NCBI GenBank assembly: GCA_903929005.1
Contig: CAIYTC010000239.1
Location: forward strand, 1-59,845
DNA length: 59,845 nucleotides
Direction: 5' to 3'
Source of the DNA: an uncultured Dehalococcoidia bacterium
Lineage (GTDB): Bacteria > Chloroflexota > Dehalococcoidia > GIF9 > UBA5629
Of the stretch, positions 1-7,131 are shown in pieces. The translations under genes and the position numbers were made by a program. Position 1 is the first letter of the stretch; every line of letters begins with the position of its first letter. The notes under the pieces were generated by a model, which saw only the letters and a list, made by a program, of their open reading frames with translations, was not told where the DNA came from and ran no database searches.

Positions 1-591
1 CTGGAAAAGATATTCGACCCGTTCTTCACCACCAAGCAGAAGGGCAACGGGATGGGGCTGGCCATATCCTTCTCCATAGCGCGCCAGCACGGCGGGCATA
101 TCAGCGTGGAATCGGAGCTGGGCACAGGCTCAACCTTTTACCTCTACCTGCCGGCTTCCACGCAAACGTCCTCCCCCAGGCAGGCTAATAAAGAGGCCAT
201 CAAACCTGCAGGCAAGGCCAGGATACTGGTGATGGATGACGAGAAGGGGGTAAGGGAGATAGCGGGACGCATGCTCAAGCACATCGGCTACAAGGATATC
301 GAGTTTGCCAAAGACGGGGCAGAGGCTATTAAGCTATATAAAGCAGCCATGAAAGCGGGCAATCCCATTACCGTGGCCATCCTGGACCTGACCATAGCCG
401 GGGGCATGGGGGGTGAAATAGCCATACAAAAGCTGCTCAAGATAGACCCGGGGGTAAAGGCGATTGTTTCCAGCGGGTATATCGATGACCCGGTTATCGC
501 CAGGTACAGGGACCACGGGTTCAGCGGAGTGGTAGCCAAGCCCTATACCCTGGCGGAATTGCGCAAAGCCGTGCAGGACATGATAGGGTAG
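1..591 (+). CDS. hybrid sensor histidine kinase, C-terminal part (end of HATPase_c plus receiver domain); 5' end outside window
   Basis: Frame 1 is open from base 1. LEKIFDPFFTTKQKGNGMGLAISFSIARQHGGHISVESELGTGSTFYLYLP is the kinase G2-box/ATP-lid region. A CheY-like receiver follows (ARILVMDDE...AILDLTIAGGMGG...KPY). Stop at 589-591. Confidence 0.85.
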   Translation: MEKIFDPFFTTKQKGNGMGLAISFSIARQHGGHISVESELGTGSTFYLYLPASTQTSSPRQANKEAIKPAGKARILVMDDEKGVREIAGRMLKHIGYKDIEFAKDGAEAIKLYKAAMKAGNPITVAILDLTIAGGMGGEIAIQKLLKIDPGVKAIVSSGYIDDPVIARYRDHGFSGVVAKPYTLAELRKAVQDMIG

Positions 592-663
592 GGATGGTTG
601 CAGGTCTTTGCGATGAGGCCGCGGGCGAGGAAGAAATCCCTGGGCATTACGCCACTGACGGAC

Positions 664-809
664 AGATTGCCGCGTCCTACGGGCTCGCAATGACATTTTT
701 GCGCAAGGATTGCCGCGGCCGCTGCGGTGGCCTCGCAATGACATTTTTGGGCAGGCGGCCTCGCGATGACGAGTAGAGAAAGGATCCGCAATGACGTTTT
801 TGGGTGCGG
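664..809. repeat. cluster of short intergenic repeats (core CGCAATGACRTTTTTGSG) with partial dyad symmetry
   Basis: Core copies lie at 684-708, 732-755 and 785-809, with a degenerate CCTCGCGATGACG at 759-771. The first two copies are each preceded by GATTGCCGCG (665-674, 708-717), giving tandem units of about 45 nt with an ATTGC...GCAAT dyad. Minus-strand translation gives the repeated QKCHCE peptides seen in track ORF 543..791. Confidence 0.6.
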
Positions 810-840
810 TATATTTATCTATTCTTATCCCCAGAAACAT

Positions 841-909
841 TGTCACCATTTTCAGCAACGTCACCCGCAGATACGAAATGGGGGTGATAATCATGGTGAC
901 GTTTTTTCC
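841..909 (+). terminator. two-tier hairpin followed by a T6 tract (possible intrinsic terminator or end of a structured RNA)
   Basis: Outer stem GTCACCAT (842-849) pairs with ATGGTGAC (893-900). Inner stem GTCACCC (860-866) pairs with GGGGTGAT (881-888, one G-U pair). GTTTTTTCC follows at 901-909. Confidence 0.3.
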
Positions 910-1168
910 GCAAAGTTGGATGAGGATAAGGGGATGCCGACTCGCATGGCCAATCGGAGTGCCAGTGAGTTATTTTATTAGCCTTAAGGTCGAAATCAAT
1001 TCAGCAGCGCTGATATTTTTAAGCTGGTCCCAGATTGCCTTTGGATAACTCACCTGGCCGCTGTCACGCTAATGCGGTCTTTTCCCTTAGTTATGATTAT
1101 GTCTTTGGCATATACTTTTTCCCCTGCCTTATTGTATAATCGAGTAAACGGCAGATTAATTCATATTT

Positions 1169-2158
1169 ATGCAGCAGAGTTTCCTCTGTCCGCGGTGCAA
1201 CAACGTAGCCTTCCTGGGGCAGCGTTATTGCGGCTTCTGTGACCTGGCTTTCCTCTATTCATGCGACTCGTGCGGTTCTGCGCTAATACCTGGCGGGGTC
1301 TTCTGCGGCAATTGCGGCACACAAATTGACTGGGAAGAGCCGGACCAGCAGAGCTATCAACCGGTCCTACCACAGGGTCCTCCGTTGGCCGCCGCGCCCA
1401 TTCACATTGAGCCGCCTGTGGATATCGGGCAGCCGGGCGCTCATCACGCCGCGCCAACCGGCCATGACGGGGAGCCAACTGTGTATCAACCCACGGGCCT
1501 GATCCAGCCACCCCCGGAAGCCAGCCTGCCACCGGAATCTATCCCGGCCGTGCCAGAGGTCCCTGTACATCCCATCCCGGCCGAGCATAAAGCGAAGGCG
1601 GCGGAGCATCACGAAAGGAGCCTGGCACTGCTCAAGGACGGACACTATTCGCTGGCTATCGACGAATTGAGCAAAGCCCTGCAATACGATCCAGGCACAG
1701 CTATTATCTACATGTTGAGGGGGGGCGCCCTGTATAAGAAGGGCGACCTCGATATGGCGCTGGCCGACCTGGACCGCGCTATCGAGCTCGACCCCGACCT
1801 GGCCGCAGCCTTCTACAACCGCGGCAGCGTTCACTATTACAAGCAGGATTTCGACCGCGCCATCGCCGATTTCTCGCGGGCACTGACTATTGATAATACG
1901 GACGCGTCGGCCTACCATAACCGCGGCTGCGCGTTAAGGATGAAGGGGAAATTCTACGAGGCCATCGATGATATCAACAGGTCTATACAGCTCGACCCGA
2001 AAGACCCGAGGTTCTATTGCAGCCGTGGTAACGCCTATACGCAGACCGGCCAGGTGCTGAGGGCGGTGGAGGATTTCAGGAAGGTAAAGGGCATGACCAG
2101 CGACCCGGCGGTTATTCAACTGGCCGAGCAGGCGCTGAAAGAGCTAAGCGAAACGTAA
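1169..2158 (+). CDS. Zn-ribbon / proline-rich linker / TPR-repeat protein
   Basis: N-terminus has two CxxC...CxxC ribbons (CPRCNN..CGFC; CDSCGS..CGNCG). A P-rich linker follows, then at least five TPR units (AIDELSKALQYDP, ALADLDRAIELDP, AIADFSRALTID, AIDDINRSIQLDP). Confidence 0.8.
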   Translation: MQQSFLCPRCNNVAFLGQRYCGFCDLAFLYSCDSCGSALIPGGVFCGNCGTQIDWEEPDQQSYQPVLPQGPPLAAAPIHIEPPVDIGQPGAHHAAPTGHDGEPTVYQPTGLIQPPPEASLPPESIPAVPEVPVHPIPAEHKAKAAEHHERSLALLKDGHYSLAIDELSKALQYDPGTAIIYMLRGGALYKKGDLDMALADLDRAIELDPDLAAAFYNRGSVHYYKQDFDRAIADFSRALTIDNTDASAYHNRGCALRMKGKFYEAIDDINRSIQLDPKDPRFYCSRGNAYTQTGQVLRAVEDFRKVKGMTSDPAVIQLAEQALKELSET

Positions 2159-2301
2159 GCTTAATAAACTCCAAATTCCCATACCAAACTCGAAATACTA
2201 AGCAAATCCAAAAGGTCAAAGTCCGAAGCGGAGCAGCTTTGTATTGTGAGCCTGGTTAGAGCTATGAATTTAATATTCAGGTTAGCGGGCGCTGCAAGCC
2301 C

Positions 2302-3510
2302 CTACGGGACTGTTTCCTCGTCATTTTCCAGGGTTGAGGGTTCCGCCGGCAATGCCTCGGCTTCGACGACCTCAAGCTCCTCGATGTTGCGCTCCCGCCT
2401 GATCTGGTCTATCTTGAGCAGCGGCTTTTCCAGCATAGTTTTACGCGTGTTCTGCAGGGTACTGAACTCCTTCTGCGCTTCGCCGATCTTGCGTCCCATC
2501 TTGTCCATCCCTTCGGCGTACTTCTGCCATTGCAGCAGGAAAGAGCTGATCAACTGCAGGATTTCGTTGATGGCCTTATCCATTCTAAAGTTCTTTACGG
2601 CCTGGTTGATCAGTGCCAGGACGGCGTAAAGGGTGACCGGCGAGCAGAGCACTACCTTCAACTTAAGGGCGTCATCGAGCAGGGTGGGGTCGTTCTCGTT
2701 GATAAAGTGGTAGACCTGCTCGTTGGGGATGAGAACAAGCACATAATCGACGGTATTCTGCTCGGGGCTGATGTAGTCGCGGCCGGTCACTTCCCGGATG
2801 CGCTGGCGGGCGTCCTTGAGGAAGGCCCCTTTGAAGGCCTCGCGGTCGGCTTCTGATTCGGTGTTGATGTATTGCATGTAGTTGTCCAGGGGAAACTTTA
2901 CATCCATGTTGAGCACCAGTCTGTTGGGCAGGAGGAAGGTGTAGTCCGGCCGGGAGCCGCTGGACTGGTCAACCTGCTGTTTATGGTAATTTGTGCCTTC
3001 AACGAAGCCGATGCTGCGCAGGATGTCATCGGCCATGCGTTCGCCCCATTGCCCCCTTACCCGTGAATTGCCAAGGGCGGCCTGTAATTTGCCCGTGGTC
3101 TCGGACAGCCGCAGGGTCTGCTCGGAGGCCGTCTTTAGCTGGGCGGTAAGATCACCATAGGCTTGGGCACGGTTCTTTTCGAGGTCGGTGACCAGGTCGC
3201 TTAAACTTTTGAGGTTATCCCGGACTTCTTTGATGGACTGGTCAATAAGCGCCTTCTTGCCCTCAAGGTTCTGCTCGGTGAGCTGGGCCTGGCTGCTGAT
3301 GACCTGCCCGGACATCTTGACCATTTGGTCCACGGCGCTCTGCGCGGCGGCATCGGTAAAGGCCGCCAGGTTTTTCTGTATCTCGCCGCCGATGGATAGC
3401 ACGTCCTGCCTGTAATAAGGCTTGTAAACGCGCGTAATCACGATGGTAACCACTACGCCGATGGCTATGCCGCCGAGCAGGACGATGCCGTAAATAAGCA
3501 GTTCACTCAT
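2302..3510 (-). CDS. rmuC: DNA recombination protein RmuC (N-terminal TM helix, coiled coil, RmuC nuclease-like domain)
   Basis: 402 aa. TM segment LLIYGIVLLGGIAIGVVVTIVI, then a long coiled coil, then GQWGERMADDILRSIGF...PDYTFLLPN...MDVKFPLDNY, which is typical of the RmuC family. SD AAGGAGG lies 6 nt before the ATG. Confidence 0.85.
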   Translation of the reverse strand: MSELLIYGIVLLGGIAIGVVVTIVITRVYKPYYRQDVLSIGGEIQKNLAAFTDAAAQSAVDQMVKMSGQVISSQAQLTEQNLEGKKALIDQSIKEVRDNLKSLSDLVTDLEKNRAQAYGDLTAQLKTASEQTLRLSETTGKLQAALGNSRVRGQWGERMADDILRSIGFVEGTNYHKQQVDQSSGSRPDYTFLLPNRLVLNMDVKFPLDNYMQYINTESEADREAFKGAFLKDARQRIREVTGRDYISPEQNTVDYVLVLIPNEQVYHFINENDPTLLDDALKLKVVLCSPVTLYAVLALINQAVKNFRMDKAINEILQLISSFLLQWQKYAEGMDKMGRKIGEAQKEFSTLQNTRKTMLEKPLLKIDQIRRERNIEELEVVEAEALPAEPSTLENDEETVP

Positions 3511-3545
3511 GCCGTGCCTCCTTTATTTAACCGGTGACGATCAAA

Positions 3546-4130
3546 TCACGTCTGCGGCAGCAGTTTATGCCAGTCGAAGTTGCGGTCCAACCCGCTGCCG
3601 GCTGCTATCATAATAAGGGATATTACCAGTATAGCGATGCTGACCATTAGCAAAAACTGCACGATTATCATGCCGACGCCCCACCACATCCAGGTACGCT
3701 GGGTTTTCCTGAAGCTCTCTATGCTGTCCCATTTCTTTTTCTGCCAGGCCCACTCGTTGCCGCGCACTCCGAGGACGATGGCCATCACGATGTTGATTAC
3801 CCAGCCCACGTAGGGGATAAGCCCGCCCAGCGCAACCAGCGCTATCCAGACGTTGTGACCGATGCCCCAGATCCAGGTGAGCAGGAAGGCGCCCCAGTTC
3901 CAGCCCCTCAGTTCGGGGGGCAATTGAGACGCGGCGCCCAGTCCTGAAGTGTTGTCCGCTGCCAGAGGAGATGTGGGGCCGGACCAGGCGCCTGTTTTTA
4001 GCCTGGCCTCCATGCAGGCGTTACAGTAAATCTGGTTATCGACATTCACCTTGCATTCGGGGCAGACGAACCTGCCACAATTGCAGCAGCCGCCCAATGC
4101 CTCCCTATCAGTATGTACAGCGCATTTCAT
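3546..4130 (-). CDS. B-box-like Zn-ribbon membrane protein, paralog 1
   Basis: N-terminal CAVHTDREALGGCCNCGRFVCPECKV..YCNAC, a linker, then multi-TM region with WNWGAFLLTWIWGIGHNVW and RGNEWAWQ motifs. SD AGGAGG lies 7 nt upstream of the ATG. Confidence 0.8.
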   Translation of the reverse strand: MKCAVHTDREALGGCCNCGRFVCPECKVNVDNQIYCNACMEARLKTGAWSGPTSPLAADNTSGLGAASQLPPELRGWNWGAFLLTWIWGIGHNVWIALVALGGLIPYVGWVINIVMAIVLGVRGNEWAWQKKKWDSIESFRKTQRTWMWWGVGMIIVQFLLMVSIAILVISLIMIAAGSGLDRNFDWHKLLPQT

Positions 4131-4164
4131 AGCTTATCCTCCTGCTCTAATCTTATGGCCGCGT

Positions 4165-4698
4165 TTAATCCCATTTCACTCCGGAACGCTGGATAGCCCA
4201 GACGATAAGCCCCGCGGCGAAAAGCAAAATCACCGTTACAATGAGGGTCACGGCAATGGATATCCACAGCCCCCAGAGCATCCAGCTACGCTGGACACGT
4301 TTGAAATGCTCGACGCTCTCCCAGCGCCTGCTCTGCCAGGCCCACTCGTTACCCTTGAAGGCCAGCACCCAGGGCATGACCATGGCGCCGAGATAGGGAA
4401 CGAATACGAGGAATGACCACCAGACATTGTGGCCTATGCCCCAGATCCAGGTAAGCAGAAAGCCGCCCCAGTTCCAGTCGCCCAATCCGGGGGGAACGGG
4501 CGCTTTGCTGCCCATACCCGAGGTGTTGCCGGTGGTGACGGCCGTTGCCGGCACGCTGCCGCCGGAAGCCATCTTCTCGATGCAGGGGTTGCAGTAAACC
4601 TTGCCTGCATATTCAACCTTGCATTCGGGGCAGACGGCCTGGCTGCAGGCCACACAGGCGCCTATTGCGTCGCGGTCGGGGTGATGATAACAATACAT
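4165..4698 (-). CDS. B-box-like Zn-ribbon membrane protein, paralog 2
   Basis: Same architecture and motifs as 3546..4130 (CPECKV, NTSGMG, WNWGGFLLTWIWGIGHNVW, KGNEWAWQ). Start moved to ATG 4698 because GGAAGGAGG lies 5 nt upstream; the track start 4731 has no SD. Confidence 0.8.
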   Translation of the reverse strand: MYCYHHPDRDAIGACVACSQAVCPECKVEYAGKVYCNPCIEKMASGGSVPATAVTTGNTSGMGSKAPVPPGLGDWNWGGFLLTWIWGIGHNVWWSFLVFVPYLGAMVMPWVLAFKGNEWAWQSRRWESVEHFKRVQRSWMLWGLWISIAVTLIVTVILLFAAGLIVWAIQRSGVKWD

Positions 4699-5075
4699 GT
4701 CGGCCTCCTTCCCGGCTGGCTGCTCGGGCAACCATACCCGGCGGGTTTATCTTAAATAAAGTATATTGCATGCGAGGTCAACAATCTACCTGTAATCCTG
4801 CGACGGCCTAAACTTTTACCCCGGCAGCACGTTTTATTTACCAGGAAAACAAAAACGGGGGTAGTAAAAATGAGCGTCAATATTCAGTTTGCGGCCATCC
4901 TCGTAGGCTATTCGATTCTCTGTTCGCTCGTGGTGCTGCTGGCCTGTTCTTATGGGTAGATTTGCGCATCACCTTCTTTTATACCTCGTCCCAGGCCATC
5001 TTCTGGGGGCGGGGTATTTTATCTCCCGTTGCCCGCATAGGCCGGGTGGGGATATACTGATTCAGGGATTTTCTC

Positions 5076-5537
5076 ATGAAAATAGGCGTCATCTCGGATA
5101 CCCATGCCAGGCACTGCTCCCAGCTTCCGCAGAACCTGTTAAAGGCACTGGAAAAGGTTGACCTGATCGTGCATGCCGGCGATATAGTGACCATGGACGT
5201 TATCCGCGGACTGGAGACCTTAGCGCCGGTCAGAGGGGTTTGCGGGAATATGGACTATCCCGAGGTTAAAGTGGCCTTCCCGGACAGGCAGGTGCTTGAA
5301 CTGGAAGGGAAGAAGATTGGCCTTGTGCACGGCAGCGGCGGGCCGTGGGAGATCGAAAAAAGAGTAAGGCAGATTTTTTCGGGAGTGGACGTCATCATCT
5401 TCGGCCACAGTCACGTGCCGATGAATAACAGCGCGGGTGGAGTGCTCCTTTTCAACCCGGGCCGGGCGCAAGAATCCTATGGGATACTGGAGGTGGGGGA
5501 AACGGTCAGCGGAATGATTTTTGAAGGATATTTTTAG
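5076..5537 (+). CDS. metallophosphoesterase, YfcE/MJ0936 family
   Basis: MKIGVISDTHA...VHAGDI...GNMD...VHGSGG...FGHSH are calcineurin-like phosphoesterase motifs. Size is 153 aa. Confidence 0.85.
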   Translation: MKIGVISDTHARHCSQLPQNLLKALEKVDLIVHAGDIVTMDVIRGLETLAPVRGVCGNMDYPEVKVAFPDRQVLELEGKKIGLVHGSGGPWEIEKRVRQIFSGVDVIIFGHSHVPMNNSAGGVLLFNPGRAQESYGILEVGETVSGMIFEGYF

Positions 5538-5546
5538 AGGCATGCT

Positions 5547-6341
5547 ATGAACGAAAACTGGCAGGAATTTAGAATACTCGACCACCCGTCTATCCTGAGT
5601 ATGATCTTCTATCCCCGCGCGGATGATTACAGGCTGCCCGATTCGGATCGGATAACGGGCCTTATGGTCCCGGCGGGCGATGGCATAGAGATCTCCTGCC
5701 AGTTCTACTTCAGCGGCAAGGGAAACGCCAACATGCTTTTCTTCCACGGCAACGGTGAGCTGGCCAGCGAATACGAGGATGCAGGCCTGGCTTATAACGG
5801 GATCGGTATAAATTTGTTTGTGGCCGATTATCGCGGCTATGGCAGGAGTGGCGGCCGGCCCATGGTGAGCGCCATGATAAAGGATGCCCATCCGATAGCT
5901 ATGTGGTTCGGCCAGTTTTTACAGGACAAGGGATATACAGGGAGCCGGTTCATCATGGGACGCTCCCTGGGCAGCGCTTCAGCCATAGAGCTGGCGGCCG
6001 CCTGTCCGGACGGGTTCAAAGGGATGGTGATCGAGAGCGGTTTCTGCGATGTAACCGACCTGCTGGGCAGGTTCGGCCTGGCTTTCAAAGGGCCGGGGCA
6101 GGAAAAGTTTGCTTCCCCGGGCTTCGACAGCGTGACGAAGATCGCTATGCCGACGCTGATTATACACGGCGAATATGATTCCATTGTGCCGCTGGCTGAG
6201 GGTGAAAAAATCTACCGCAATATTGCTTCGCCGGATAAAAAGATGGTGGTCATCCCGGAGGCTGACCACAACACCATTTTTAGCGCAGGAATGGAACTAT
6301 ACCTCAGGGAACTGGGGGGTTTCGTACAAAAGCACAAGTAG
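5547..6341 (+). CDS. alpha/beta hydrolase (serine hydrolase)
   Basis: FFHGNGE, ADYRGYGRSGG, nucleophile elbow GRSLGS, IIHGEYDSIVP and ADHN indicate the Ser-Asp-His fold. Confidence 0.8.
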   Translation: MNENWQEFRILDHPSILSMIFYPRADDYRLPDSDRITGLMVPAGDGIEISCQFYFSGKGNANMLFFHGNGELASEYEDAGLAYNGIGINLFVADYRGYGRSGGRPMVSAMIKDAHPIAMWFGQFLQDKGYTGSRFIMGRSLGSASAIELAAACPDGFKGMVIESGFCDVTDLLGRFGLAFKGPGQEKFASPGFDSVTKIAMPTLIIHGEYDSIVPLAEGEKIYRNIASPDKKMVVIPEADHNTIFSAGMELYLRELGGFVQKHK

Positions 6342-6393
6342 CAATAAAAGGAAAAAGCCCCCTCTACGATAGAGGGGGCTTTTAATAACAGGG

Positions 6394-7074
6394 CTACTTC
6401 TTTTCCGGTTTCTCGGGTTTTTCAGCTTTCTCCGCCGCCTCACCTTCCTTCTTCTCTCCTTCCACGGCCTCTTCGACTTCGGCAACAGCTTCAGCTGGCG
6501 CCTCTTCGACCGCCTTGCGGACTTCAGCGACCTTGATAAGCATCTGGTCAGGGTCGGCCAGGATGGTGATTTTAGCGCTGACCTTGAGGTCTTTCACATG
6601 CAGGGACTGCTCAGGCAACGCCAGGCTGGAGATATCGACTTCGATTTTATGCGGCAGGTCATCGGGCAGCGCCTCGATCTGCAATGTATTCATGGCATGC
6701 AGCAGGGAAACGTTCTTGAGCTTTAGCGCCGGCGCATCGCCGATGAATACCAGCGGCACCTCTGCCTTCAGCTTTTCGGACATGTTAACCTGGTAGAAAG
6801 CAACATGTATAGGTTCGCCGGTCATGGGGTTGCGCTGCACTTCGCGGATAATTACCATGCCGGGTGAGGCAGTGCCGCCCATTTTGATCGAGATAAGATC
6901 GGTACCACCGGCCCTGGCCAGCACATGACCCAGCTTGCGCACATCCACCTGCACCGGCTGCGATTCCAGGCCGTGGCCATATATATTGCAGGGTACGAGC
7001 CCACCCCTGCGCAGGAACCGTACCTTCTTCCCTTTGATTTCTCTTTGTAATACTTCAAGCTCGAGTCTTTTCAT
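6394..7074 (-). CDS. rplY: 50S ribosomal protein L25 / general stress protein Ctc, with acidic/Lys-rich C-terminal tail
   Basis: LEVLQREIKGKKVRFLRRGGLVPCNIYGHG...HVAFYQV matches L25/Ctc N- and C-domains. Tail is EEAPAEAVAEVEEAVEGEKKEGEAAEKAEKPEKPEKK. Confidence 0.9.
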   Translation of the reverse strand: MKRLELEVLQREIKGKKVRFLRRGGLVPCNIYGHGLESQPVQVDVRKLGHVLARAGGTDLISIKMGGTASPGMVIIREVQRNPMTGEPIHVAFYQVNMSEKLKAEVPLVFIGDAPALKLKNVSLLHAMNTLQIEALPDDLPHKIEVDISSLALPEQSLHVKDLKVSAKITILADPDQMLIKVAEVRKAVEEAPAEAVAEVEEAVEGEKKEGEAAEKAEKPEKPEKK

Positions 7075-7131
7075 GGTGCTTCTCCAGAGTTAGTAACAAA
7101 GGATAAAGGTTAGCCTGTTTAAACCTCAAAG

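Noticed and set aside
664-809. Considered whether the repeated 20-45-nt units form a CRISPR array.
   Set aside because: There are only 2-3 irregularly spaced copies. The 'spacers' are 5-30 nt and partly repeat-derived. The repeats are not identical, and there are no cas genes in the window.
2159-2301. AT-rich convergent spacer between the TPR gene and rmuC (CAAATTCCCATACCAAACTCGAAATACTAAGCAAATCCAAAAGG), examined for a terminator or small RNA.
   Set aside because: No convincing stem-loop or T-tract was found by eye. There is only low-complexity sequence.
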